NCBI RefSeq assembly: GCF_006345805.1
Contig: NC_043019.1
Coordinates: forward strand, 18,971,360-19,035,359
From: Octopus sinensis
Taxonomy: Eukaryota
Direction: 5' to 3'
DNA: 64,000 nt
Shown here piece by piece: positions 25,701 through 38,535 of this stretch (positions are counted from its first letter, which is position 1; the number at the start of each line of letters is the position of its first letter). The notes beneath the pieces are model-generated. The model was not told the DNA's origin and ran no database searches. It was given only the letters and a program-made list of their open reading frames with translations. The position numbers and the translations under genes were made by a program.

Positions 25701-27951
25701 TCGACAATATTTATTTAATGAAGGTTATTTCTAACAAAATCAAATAAACAAATGTGATCACAATTCCAAAAGAAGAAAAACAAAAAAACTCCCAGCTTTT
25801 TTTTCCAACCAAACAGCCATAATGAACACCACTGCAGCATCACTGCAACCAACACACAGAAGATTGTTTATGAGTCAAGAAATGTTTCCCCCTCTCATTG
25901 CCTCCCCACCTCCTCTCCCTCTCTGTCTTTATTCTGTCAGTCTGCCTATCACCATTAGTGTGTGTGTGTGTGTGTGTGTGACCTGATGTATCAGTGAAGG
26001 CCCACGCCAGTTTCTGAGCTGAAGTGTATCCCCTGCGTGTGAGTGAGTTTTTGTCACCATGACCTAGTCTCTTAGTGTGTTGCTATCACTGTGACACAGC
26101 TGAATAGTGTCATGGAGGGAGGAGACGACTGGACACGGCTGGCCGGACTTTGGAAGCTGTTTTGGATGCTGGAGGTCGACAGACACACAGACATAAAAAT
26201 AGAATGAGAGATGGAGAGAAACTGGGGAAAGAAGGAGAGAAACCTTAAACCAGCTGTCAAATAAGTCAACATTGAATCAGTGGTGCCAAACAGGCAGGAC
26301 CGAAACAGCTGTGCCAAAACGTCTCATATCCAATGACAGAGTTACTATCACTACCTTGTCTCTCTCTCTCTCTCTCTCTCCTCCCTTTATACCTTCCTTG
26401 ACTATAATGAGGATAATGATGAAGGTGAGACTACATACAAGAAATTCTGTTATATCAAACAGCTGAAAGTGCAAGCCTAAACATAATCCCTATGACAGAG
26501 GGCGGTGGAGCGTCAGTCAAAAAATGACGAGGGCGGTGGAGCATCAGTGAAAAATGCCTTGTGGCAGTCTGGATTTTTGACATTTTGAACTCAAATGCCC
26601 AAGTTCACCTGAGCTGATTTTACCTTTCATCCTTCCAAGGCCAATAAAATAGAAGTACCAGTTAAGTGCTGGGGGATATCCAACTAACCCTTCCCCTCAA
26701 ATTGGTGGCTTTGTGCCTATATCGGAGGATCATTACAGCCATATTGAAACTGGGGTAGAGATGGTGGTGGTGGTAGTAGGGGGGAATGTGGTAGGGAGTG
26801 TGGAGTGGTGGTGGTGGTGGGTAATCAAAGAAGAAAGAGAAGATAAGGGTTGAAAGAACCATGTTAGTAGCTTTAGCTATTTAGTGTGTGCATGAATGGG
26901 TTTGTACACGTGTCTGTGTGCGTGCGTGTGTGTTTGTGTATGTGTGTGCGTGTGTGTATGCACTTAGTGCATGTCTGCGTCATGTTCTTTAAACAAATCC
27001 ATTCCCAGACTCACTCATTCTCACTGACTAATACTATTCCAATTTCTCTGGAAGCTTCTCTCATATCGTCACACTTACTTCCGATGGAAGTTCCGCCAAC
27101 CCCCTCTCCACCTCCTCTACACAAGACGAGACGATGCCACTGACTTGCATTTACTCAAAATCAGGATATTTTGATATGTAAGGGATGTGGGTGGAGTGAA
27201 AATGGATAATAGAGATGAACAAGAAGTGGAGGCATTCATGCTTTTCCCATTAGCATTTATTAAGACTAGAGGCAAACGTAAGCAATTTCTCACTATGTTC
27301 CAAGACAGCCGTCTGTCTGTCTGTTTGTGGGACTTGGTTTGTCTCTTGAGGAATTTAACACTGCAAAGACAATATCATGGCCTCCGTTCCACTCTCTTCC
27401 TCATCCTTCATAAACATAAAAACAATCCAATAATGGAGTCTCAGAGTAGTCACTCAACCTGCTAGAAATAGCAGCCAAACCTCCCTCCATTCATTCCCTT
27501 CATCTTAGAAAGGGTCATGATGGAGAATGTGGTTATTGGTTTTCTGCACACAAATAATAATTTTCATTAAAGACCTGCTGGGTCAAGGTTGTCCTGGGGT
27601 TAAACAACAACAACAATTACAGAAGTAAGCATTGGGCAATATAAGCTGTTACATTAATTTAAAAAAAGACTGGATGGTCAAGGCTGGATCATAGGGTTGA
27701 TCTGGGGCTCAATAATAATTGTAATGCCAATCTCCATCACAGGCAGGAAACTATAAACTGAATCAGCAACAACGTCTGTTCATTCTTCCCAAGTTCTGAC
27801 AGATTGAAACGTGAACAGCTGATGACTTGTTATTAATTATTCAGAGAACATCTGCAAGCAATAAACAAGGTGTGTTCGTACTACAATTCCCTGGTGTAAA
27901 GGGACTCTGAGAGACACCGTGCTGTTTCAACCCTGTTGTGTGTCTCTTCAG

Positions 27952-28047
27952 TTGAAGCTATCTCGACCAATCAATCATACAAAAGCACAAGTTCTTGTTC
28001 AGAAGAATCAGTAAACAAATTATTTGGTGTTGATGACACGAGTAGAG
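27952..28047 (+). CDS. Candidate internal coding exon of an unidentified host gene (96 nt, phase 1-1)
   Basis: Acceptor tgtgtctcttcag|, donor gag|gtttgt; single open frame EAISTNQSYKSTSSCSEESVNKLFGVDDTSR; sits in non-repetitive sequence; no recognisable homology. Confidence 0.3.
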
Positions 28048-29282
28048 GTTTGTTTATGCACCGCATGAATTAGGAACTTAATCGTCCCAGTACTTCACTG
28101 GGATTTATTTTATCAGACCCAGAAGAATATTATGTGATGTAAGCAGACATTGCAAGACATTTTTTTTCACCATCAATTCATAGTCCTCATAATGATAATT
28201 TTTATTGTACTATATACCTTTTTAAAGAGAGAGAAAGAGAGAGAGTATGAGAGCAGTAACAGAGTTACAGACAGAACACTGATGGTGTACTCCAAGAAAT
28301 GTAGCACATCACCTGTCCTTGGATAAGCTTTTGGGTTCTGTTGAATGATGGCATCTTAGATCAACAAACAAACTGATCTCAGTACTTAACTGCTATTTTA
28401 TCAGCCCATGAAGGAAGAAAGGTAAAGTGGGATTTGAACAAAGAATACAAAGCACTGCAGCAAAAACCACAAGAATTCCTGACCTGATTGGCTGATACTC
28501 TCAATTCTGAGAGCTGACAAGAGGGGTGGGGAAGAGGTAGTTAGACTGGGTTTAGTATTTGATTGGCCCTTTATTTGGAACGGTGGAGAGTCAAAATGAC
28601 TTTGATGGGATTTGAACCCAGAATGTAAAATGCTGTGCAATGTTTTAGATGACTCCATTCTGTCAGTCTGCTGGCTGACCGTCACAATAACAACAACAAC
28701 AATTGATATCAGAAGACACTTGTTAAGAAGGGCTGGTGGTGGTGGTGGTGGTGGTAAGATGTTTGCTTCCCATCTACAAGGTTTCAGTTTCAGTCCTATG
28801 GCACGGGGCCATGACTAAATATCTTCTGCTACAGTTTCAGCCCAAGCGAAACCTTGTGAACAGACAGAAACTGAAAAATGAAATTTTTAGCAGGTGGAGA
28901 CACACAGACAGGTTCCTTTTATCACATTGAAAGGCTCCACCAGCTCCACACTGAGTTGCTGTCTCACAGACTTTCACATATTTTATGTTACTTTGTTCTA
29001 AACCAGTTGTATTTTAATGAGCTTTCTGCAATCAGGGGGGGGGGGGCGAGGATCTTAGTTCTTGATTTTGTTTCTTTTTTCTCATTCCACTTTTTGCACC
29101 AACCTTCTTCATGTTTTTTTCTTATTTTCTCATTGTTCAGCATCGTTGTTTTTAAGAAGTATATATAAACACATAAACAGAGCCTGAAAGATTGCTTCAA
29201 GATACAGGGCATATTTTGTCTGTTCATTTGCCTGTTCAAGTATCATAACAGTATGAAACTATTGGTAGCTCTTTTGGTTATG

Positions 29283-29309
<27 letters not shown>

Positions 29310-29316
<7 letters not shown>

Positions 29317-29835
29317 AGATTGCACTGATATGATCAGGTTGTACATATGGATGAGGATAACTGCATAAAGAAGTGCCGATGTCTAACAGTGGAAAGAACT
29401 TGTGGAAGAGGTAGACTCAAGAAGACATGGGATGAAGTGAGGAAAAAGGATCTTCAGACACTGGGCCTCACTGTGGGGTTGACAAAGGACCAAGGATTAT
29501 GGTGATTTGCTGTACTTGAGAAGCCACATCAAGCTAAGTAAAACCATGGCCATCCATACATTCAAGGCATGTTCTTTAAAGCCCACCCCCACTTCCTCTC
29601 TCAGTTGAGAGGTTTTTTCTTGCAGGTGCTGGTGCCACGTGAAAGGCACTCGAGCAGGTGCCACATAAAAGCACACGTGCTGATATTACATAGGAAGCAT
29701 TCAATAGAGTCTGTAAAGTGGTTGGTGTTAGAAAGGTCATCCAACTACAAAAACCATGTCAAAGCAGACCACTGGCCAGCTCCTGTCAGACCGTCCAAAA
29801 AATGCCAACATGGAGAACGAACATTTGATGATGAT
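29310..29835 (+). mobile_element. 5'-truncated RTE copy (ORF C-terminus + 3'UTR)
   Basis: HMDEDNCIKKC...TCGRGRLKKTWDEV matches the 8814-9140 peptide; ends tgatgatgat. Confidence 0.8.
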
Positions 29836-30239
29836 CACCCACACGTGTGTGTGTGTGTGTCCCCTTATCTTGGCATCAAGCAATGATTGTCAGTGAGCCT
29901 CCACTTTACACTAGTGAGGTCATCACTGGTAGACACTGGAGTTTGTTTGGACCATGTTCCTGGTAATAACACCAACTGACCACTGCTGCCACCACCAAAC
30001 ACGCATTCGGTGCACTATGGACTGAAGTAAAAACAGATGCACCACACTGACCAGTGGTTCCTCTTTGGTTATATTGATCCTAATAAATAGTTAAATAGGT
30101 GACTGTTTGGATTATCTTACAGTCAAAAGGAGTTTCTTTCACGTTAATCAACTTTTATAGGACCTGCTGGAAATAGCAGCCAAATTTTCCTCAAACCATA
30201 CATGTTGTCTTAGATACACATGAATAATATAATATTCAA

Positions 30240-30520
30240 CAAAAGCCGAGTACAGAGGTTTGCCTTTGATTATGTATTTCTCCTGCAGCTGCCTTACCAG
30301 AAATATAACATCAGTGGTGCTTCTCCCTGGCACAAAACCAAACTGCATCTCATCTAGACTCTCTCCCTAATTAGTAGGGCTATGACCGTCTCCGTTACTT
30401 TCATCACCTGATCCAACAATTTGACACCTCTGTAATTATTTCTACCTAAGGCATCACATTTACCTGAGCAGCAGTCGACAATGGTGCTGCTATACCAGTC
30501 ATTGGGTTATGACTCCTTTG
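30240..30520 (-). mobile_element. RTE RT fragment
   Basis: MQFGFVPGRSTTDVIFLVRQLQEKY; DNA co-linear with 10050-10330. Confidence 0.85.
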
Positions 30521-30559
30521 TGAACCATCTGATTTATCCTTTCACAAATTCACTGGGAG

Positions 30560-30880
30560 CTAGCACTTCCCTCTCCACCCTCAATTTCTTTTCCAAGTGG
30601 AATTAAAAATGCGAATGGGAGCTTGATCGAAGAAGAAGATGTCTTTGCTCAATCCTTTCAGCCATGTCCACTAAACAGAGGAAAAGTACCTGCCTTGCCT
30701 TATTAAAGGTGGGTGTTGGGGTGATCCTCACAATGGATTCGGTTGATAATTGGATTCGTTTCACAAATGATAACAACTGTTTAACAGAACTTCACAAGTC
30801 AGCAATACTCAAACACTGCATGAAGACATGCAGAATGGTTTCATTGCTCTGCAAGGAACACAAAATGAGTGTATGAGGGA
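30560..30880 (-). mobile_element. L1/Tx1-like C-terminal fragment
   Basis: CSLQSNETILHVFMQC zinc-knuckle-like motif; FLCLVDMAE; HLEKKLRVEREV. Confidence 0.6.
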
Positions 30881-30956
30881 TATGGGTGAGAGGAAAGAAC
30901 TGATAAACCAATTGATTGATTTACTAACTGGCTGTTTATAATCAATCACCTAACTT

Positions 30957-31325
30957 AAAAGGGTAAAGACCCCCTTTGGTCATGAATGACCAAGGGATTG
31001 CGCCTAGAAAGTCACCCTCTGAGGCATAAGTGTGGGTAACGTTGTTTATTAAAGACCAGCAACTGCTGGTCTTTAATAAACAACGTTACCCACACTTATG
31101 CCCATTCATACCAGCTTCTCCTCTCTATGCCACTGATGTTACCCAAGGGAAAGGCAAAGGTCATTATGGCTTAACATCAGTGACATTGCAACTCATTTCT
31201 ACAGCTGAGTGAAGTGGAGCAACGGGAAATAAAGTGTCTTGCTCAAGAACACAATATAAGGCCTGGTCTGGGAATCCAACTCACTCCTTTTGCTCCTAAC
31301 CATTGAGCCATGTGCTTTCACTCTA
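30957..31325 (-). mobile_element. SINE family D, near full length, with internal palindrome
   Basis: tRNA-like head at 31325-31240; a second head copy follows at 31330-31460. Confidence 0.65.
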
Positions 31326-32308
31326 CTGTTTAGTGAACTGGAGCAATGTGAAATAAAGCGTCTTGCTCAAGAATACAACATACAGCCTGGTCCAGGAACT
31401 GAACTCACTACCTCAAGATTGTGAGCCAGATGCTCTAATCATCGAGCCGTGTGCCTTCACAATCACCTAACTAATTAGTCAATAATTAATAAAAGAAATA
31501 AAACTGATGTATAAAAGTGGTAAGATGTCTTTTTTTTTTAAGTACAAAAAGGATTTCTTATAAAGGCACGGGTGTGGCTCTGGGTTCAGAGCCCCACCAG
31601 TGCCTTTATGATGCAGCATATTGGACAAGTGCTATAGCCATGGGCCAACCAAAGCCTTGTGAGTAGGTTTGGCAAATGGAAACTGAAAGAAGCCTGTCAT
31701 AGATATATGTCTATGTGTTTGTGTTTGCCTGACACATGCGAGGATAGAAAAGCAGATTTAAAATGATGCTGATGAGCATGGCCAGAGATAAGGGGAAGGA
31801 ACACTTGATTATATCAACTCCAGTGCATCACTGGTATTCATTTTATAAATTCTAGAAATATGAAAGACAAGGGTGATCTTGGCAGGATTTGAACTCAGAA
31901 CCTACCTAAATAGTGCCAGGCATTCAGGCCTTTTGCTCTTATGCTAAAACTTGTGCCAGCATGGGGATTTCTAATACTAAATCTATTCTGTGCAGAGAAT
32001 AAGGAGAGAAAGGAGACACAAAGAAGGGGCCAGAACAGCCACCCCCACCCCCCACCTCAGTTATTGATCTTCAGCATGGACGTTAAAGAACGCCACACTT
32101 GAGTGATGCTCTTGTTCTGCATCAGTGATTTCTTTCAACTTTGACATACAACACTTTTGCATGTTCACTCCCCTCCCCACTGACACAGCAGCAGTAGCAG
32201 CAGCAGCAGTCTCCTAGCCAGGGGCCATCCCATTCCCCCCTCCCCTTTTTAAGGCTATGCAGGACTACATTATTGATTTTTACTTCCCCATTCACATTGC
32301 TGATAAGC

Positions 32309-32348
<40 letters not shown>

Positions 32349-32349
32349 T

Positions 32350-33390
32350 TGAACCAAGTCTAATTTGATTCAGCAGACCTATGATTAAGGGTGTTCCAGC
32401 AGTGACCATCCAGTCTGACAGGAATATTTACAACTGCATTATCTCTCTTAAAGGCAGTGGGGTGTGATTTTGAGGGAAGAAGAAATTAGGTGCTATGTCT
32501 TGCAGGTCAAGTAACCACATATATTCTCTCTCTGATGATGATGATGATAAGTGCAACTGTGCTGTTCGTGGTGGGTGTGGTGGTGTGGTGGTGGTAGTTG
32601 TAATTACAATAGTGATATCGATAGTGATGATGATGATGATGATGGTAGTAAGAGCAGCAGCAGTGGTGCTGTTGTTGTTGTTGTTGATACAAGTCAAGGA
32701 AACAATAGAGTTGTTGTTGTTTAACCCCAGGCCTTTCCTGATCAGGTGGACATGTCAAAGAGATTCTAATCCTGTGTTTTTTCCACAGTTCACTACAATA
32801 TCCAATATGACCTTCCTTTTCTAAAAATAGACATTGTGGCACAAGAAATTTGGCTGCTTTTTCTAACAGTTCAAGCAACCACATTGAGGTCCACAGTAAT
32901 AGTGGTGATGACACTGCTGTTTAACCCTAGGTCTGTCCTGGTTGAGTAAATTTATGATCAAAGACATTCTTGGGATCACATTGTCTACTGCAACCTTTTC
33001 TAAGATGGTAGTTTAGGATTTGATGAAGATTTGACTGTTATTTCCAGCAAGTTGATATAAACATTCACTCATGACTCCAAGAGTACCTTTTGGGCAACAA
33101 TGGTGGTGCTGTTGTTGTTAATGGTGGGTGGGCATATTTGGAGTGGTGGTGATAAGAGTGGAGCAGGAATGTTAGGTGGTGTTGGTCTGTGTTGTTGCTG
33201 GCTCCAGCTCAGTTCTGATTAGGAAGAGTTATTATCAAAAGAGATTCCAGTCATGACTACCCAGTCTTATTTACTTTTTTAGAGACTCTGCATCTAGAAT
33301 CACAGCCAGTGTTTCTTTTAAGACAGTCAGGTGAAATTTGAGAAAGATTTGGTTGCTATTTCAAGCAGAGTGACCACATAGAAGCCTCCT
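32350..33390 (-). repeat. Four stacked copies of dispersed repeat family C (~190 bp)
   Basis: Each has cagacctatgat-aaagg-ttccagc-tgacc...gatttggctgctatttc-agcagg; more than 10 other copies (e.g. 3200, 5000, 12780, 19300, 19540, 23200, 27450). Confidence 0.75.
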
Positions 33391-33470
33391 TCATCGACTT
33401 ATTATCAAGTTAGGTATGGATGTGATGGTGATTCTAGGTGCAGGCATGGCTCGGTGTGCTTTCACAAATT

Positions 33471-34218
33471 TGCTGCATCTTTTCAGCTTGGCAGCCAATT
33501 TTTAAGAGGTTTATTAAAAATTTAAAAATTTGGTGAATTAATGTAGTTTTCCAAGCTGAATCTCAAGAGATATTTCACTTTCCTAGGAAAATTAAAAAAA
33601 AAAAGTTCTAGAGGTTTAAAGTTTGATCATTTTCACCCAATCAGAAAGCAGGATTTAGAATATCTGTCATTTTGTGTGTGACATGTTTTAATATGAAACT
33701 GTAAACGAATCAACTTCTGCTTCATACATGACTTATAACCCTTCATAACTTTTTTTATTTGGGGAATTTTCAGAAAACTTTTACAAACTTGTATTCTACA
33801 CTCAGGAATTCATACGATTATGCAAAAAAAAAAAATTGGAGTGTGTGTATGATTTAAGACCTATTTGGCTGTCATTTTTAGCACATCTGTCGACCAAGGC
33901 ACAAGCAGCAGAACACAACATTGACACACATGCTTTTGCAAAGAATATATTTGTCAACACATGCTTTCTTGCAGACAAAAGAGTTCTCATGTTTGCCTTG
34001 TCACTATGGAAACAAGTATGAATGTGTCTGTGGCTTACGATTGGCTAAAATTACCCCAAATTAGCTAATAACTCTTTATTTATTGATTTATTGCAAAAAT
34101 GAATTTCAAAGCAGTGATTAGCATATAAAACCATATCATTACACCAAATATGAAATCAATTTGAGCAGGAATTGAGGAGATTGAAAATTGGCAGCAAAAC
34201 TGAAAGGATCCAGTAGCA
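33471..34218. mobile_element. Non-autonomous DNA transposon with imperfect ~33-bp TIRs
   Basis: tgctgcatcttttcagcttggcagccaatttt vs aaaattggcagcaaaactgaaaggatccagtagca; superfamily not assignable. Confidence 0.55.
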
Positions 34219-35049
34219 CAGTTACAGAACGGACAGTTTATAGTGAAACACTACCTGAATGATATATTTGTCTAAGCCATTCAAGTATGGAAAAATGAAT
34301 AATTATGACAATGAAGAGGAAAGTATTTCTTAGCAACACTCAACAGAGATGAGAAATGGTAGATGCATAACCAATTTTTCGTTTTAGCTAGCAAGAAAGG
34401 CTATATGCAGCCACTTAATTTTGCAAGAAATTCCAGGCAAGTCATATTCAGTTACTATCCTACTATCTTGGTCACAAGTCTTCATCCAACAGACTTGAAA
34501 ATAAAAATTCCACACACAAAAAGAAACTTTGCAAACATAAAAATTCCACAACACTGATGGCATTGGAAACACCTTTATGGAATTAAAAGATTTTATTACA
34601 ACATTCTGTACTAATTCTATTTCCACTCTCCATAACTCACAGCCACCATTCAATATTCTGCTAAAATCACACTAAACAGACAGCTTTCCATAAAAAGTGG
34701 TCTTACAACACATCATCATTTGCAGTCACTGTATCGGTGTCGAAAGTGACATTTGTGAAGGGAGCAACAATGCACTGGAAATACTTTCAAAATGAAAACT
34801 AGCAACACTTAACATAACATAACATAACAAACAAACACACACACACAATAATAATAATAATAACAATAATAATAATAATCTCCTACTCAATGTGTTGAGT
34901 GCTACTTTCTTCATTTGCCCACTTCGCATCTATGTATCTAATAGTGCCAACCTCAATAAGTTACATCTACCAGCTACATCTCATTAACACTCTCACAAAC
35001 ACATTAGGGAGTGGACCCTAGTATCACCCCCACTAGATTCCCTTAATAT

Positions 35050-35570
35050 CTTGAACAATAGCCTCCACATACACATATACCTCCCAAACCAACTAAAATA
35101 ATTCTTTCTTAGATATCACCCTTTGTTCCTCACATTAGCTGCCACAACAAATCACTCAGCAATTCCTTGACTTTCCTTGAATTGCCAAATCCCTTATCAT
35201 CAAAAAACTTTTGCACATCAATGATGAAAGTAAAAAAAATTTAAACAAATTTCAAAAAAGCTCAATGAAGTGAATTCCACCAGGAAACAGAAATAAGAAC
35301 CAAGGTTTCCAGAATTCCACAGCATCACACTCACCAACAGAGACACTCCAGTAGAAGGCATCCAATAAAAGAATTACTACCAAAAGGCAACATAATACAA
35401 TCCTAATTACAAACCAGAAATAGCCAACCTCAAACACAATACCACCACCATCATTAGTGCAGACAGGTGAAATAAAATTCAATATCAAACAACTAAGGAA
35501 GGAAACAACAAAAATAAACCAGAACATGTCAGAAAAATTGGTAAATATTTGTATCCCAGATTAATACTAA
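35050..35570 (+). mobile_element. Possible Penelope-like element RT/linker relic
   Basis: SFLDITL and RKIGKYFVSQI (cf. FLDxTL, TNIGKxFLxLI); heavily decayed. Confidence 0.35.
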
Positions 35571-35611
35571 AACTATCAGTGAAACACTAATAGAGAGTAA
35601 TTAGCATTGTT

Positions 35612-35724
35612 AGCAGCAGCAACAGCAACAGCAGCAGCAGCAGCAGCAGCAGCAACAGCAACAACAGCAACAGCAACAGCAACAACAGCAACAACAACAA
35701 CAGCAACAACAACAACAACAACAA
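35612..35724. repeat. (CAG)n/(CAA)n microsatellite
   Basis: Seen directly. Confidence 0.95.
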
Positions 35725-35785
35725 TGGCTAGAGCACAGTGTCACATCAATATAAACCTGACAGTAACAACATCAAGTAAATAGAG

Positions 35786-36604
35786 AATACCAAACTCATT
35801 CCCTATGGATACCGTATTTATTACAACGAGTGGCTTGTAAACGTATCTAACTCGCTTTCGCTTGTTAGATACGTTTACAAGCCACTTGTAATAAATACGG
35901 TATCCATAGGGAATGAGTTTGGTATTTTATTTATTACACACGAATAAACGACCATATTTTATTAACCCAATAACTAAATTCTTCACATCGTGTTGAAGCG
36001 CGCATGAATACAGCTTGATTTCACGTCAGTGACGTCACAATGTGTAACTGTAAAAGATGTCATGCCGCAGGAAGATAGTCCGACTTTATAGCGCTAAGTT
36101 TTCAGGTGAAATGACTGATAACTGATGACTGTTTAACATTTTGTTAACATTCAAGTTCACGTTCAAGAAATACATAACACAGATTGAATCTTCAAATCTT
36201 AACAAAATCATTCACCTTGATATCGACAACAGTAGCCATCTTGTTGATAGATCTACCTGCACTGCAACAGTATCAACGAGAAGATGAAATATGATGTGAT
36301 TTTTTTGGCAACAAAAAATTGAATTACCACCAGAAATGTTTATATTTTATGTGTATATGACTTCAAGTGATATCTGGTATAAAAAAGATAGTATGTTTGT
36401 TTAATTACATGGCTACATTCTACCTGCTCGTGAAAGTAATGAATGAAGTTTAGTTGTAACTTATGAATGACAAAAGTAGTGCTGTCACCGTGACCTCGGG
36501 TCATCATCATGGATTGACCAATCAGAAGCAGCGCTCGCAGTATCTGACATATGTTAGATACCAAAAATATCTGAAAGTGTTCTCACTCACATGTGTGTAA
36601 TAAA
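35786..36604. mobile_element. CpG-rich hairpin-bearing element, unclassified
   Basis: 141-bp foldback 35786-35926; 12-bp inverted repeat 35930-35941 / 36593-36604; palindrome 36541-36560. Confidence 0.55.
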
Positions 36605-38029
36605 CATCCTTATCAAACATTAACCGTCAAAATCCACACAAAGTAAACAGATCCCAAATTAAAAACTGAAAAATTTCAAGGAGAGACAAAATCACAACCC
36701 TACATGAAAAAGGGACTTGGTGTGTGCAGGAATCAGTTCTCCATCTGCTATCACCACTTGTATCACCAATGTCAATTTTAATAATCTGGAAACTTGGAAA
36801 AATCATAAACAAGTTTAAAGTTTAACAAAAACCCAAGTGATGTAACTTCTACAAGCCTTTCGCTCCCTCTGCAGGCTCTCAAACACCCTAGGAAACCTAA
36901 TCCATAACATCATTAATGTTGAGGATCTTTTTTTTTCCAATCTCATCACAGTTCAAGCCCTGACACTCAAATAGCCCATTAGTAACCATTCAGAGGACAA
37001 TGCTTCCCTAAGCTGCCATTTCCAGAAATCTCTCTTCTCAATCATTTTAGCCTAAAACAACCAACCACACAGTCATCACCAAAGAGATAACCTCATCTCG
37101 TGTAGCACTGCATTCTCATTTCTTCACCATTTTCCAGGTTGCTGCAGCATCACTCCAGCTCTGATTAAATCACCTGGTTTTTACACAACCACACACAAAC
37201 ATACTTCCACATTGAGAGAGAGAGAGAAAGAATACAAGAGCAACATGAAAACATCTGATGTCAAATAATTCAGTGTTGAGGTAGTGACATGAAAGCGGTT
37301 GCTATCAAAACATCTCCTCGGACCCTATAAAGTAGCTTCTTCAAATCCCAGCATCTCTTCTTACCAGTAGCACTAAAGAACATCAGAAAGAACCCCCCCC
37401 CCCCACACACACACAGTCAGGTATAATTCTTCCACAGACATCAGATTTGGCCAACAGAAACAAATAACAACAATGGTGCCAGCTGTGCCAGGGCCAAAAT
37501 CTCACCAAACCAAAATAAATTACAAAGAACACAAAACCTTTCAACTAGTTTCATTAAATGCAACCATTTATAGAAAACAATGAAAGTATTAGCACACATC
37601 GTCCGTGTGTCTGCTGGTGACATTGAGCATTCAATGAAAGAATCTTGATAAAATTGCAAAACCTGCCAGAAATTGCAACCAAAATCTCCATTATGGAGAC
37701 ATAGCTGTACGGTTAAAAAGTTTGATTCAGAATGCTGTGGTGTTAGGTTCAATCTCTCAATGTTTTCTACCAAAGCCCAAGGTGGACCAATACATTGGAA
37801 AGTGAAATTTTGTAGATAGAAACTAGGTAAAAGTTTGTTATACGTGAATTTTTATTTTGTTTCAGTCATTGGAATGTGGCCATGATGGAGCACTGCCTTG
37901 AAGGGCAAATCAACTCCTGAAAAGCAGGCACTTATTCTATCAGTCTCTTTTGCCAAGCAATGATGGGGACAAACACAAACATTATATTATATTTTATATA
38001 CATATTATATTTTATATACATATATATAC

Positions 38030-38096
<67 letters not shown>

Positions 38097-38483
38097 CACA
38101 CACATATACAAAATTTTGCCTTTTAGCAGTTGAAGTAGGTCATAAACATATTTTAACTGACCTAAACACTGCTTGCTGCTAATATTATAATAATTTCCAA
38201 GACCTGGTGGTCTACTGGCACAAATCAGTCAATATTGTTGACTGTATTTTAGCTAAAGGCTTTAATAAGGTCTGTCCAGGTAGATGGTGACACTGGACAG
38301 ATATGGTTTTTTAAACTTTTTTACCATAAGAGAAAATTTTTTCCATGCAGTGAATTTGCCTTTTAGCAGTTGAAATATGTCACAAACATATTTTAACAAA
38401 CCCAAATTTTGCTGTTTATATATATATATTTATTGTTATTTCACTTAGACATAGTAATACTAATAACCCGGTGTTTAAACTCA

Positions 38484-38535
<52 letters not shown>

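Noticed and set aside
25930-26345. Cluster of E-box/TGACAG/TGCCAA sites as a standalone enhancer or first exon
   Set aside because: The densest part matches a repeat terminus at 39957-39983; 6-mers alone are insufficient. Kept only as a transposon-motif finding.
34725-34750. gtcac...gaaa-gtgac as another hammerhead
   Set aside because: No CUGANGA box or third stem; simple hairpin.
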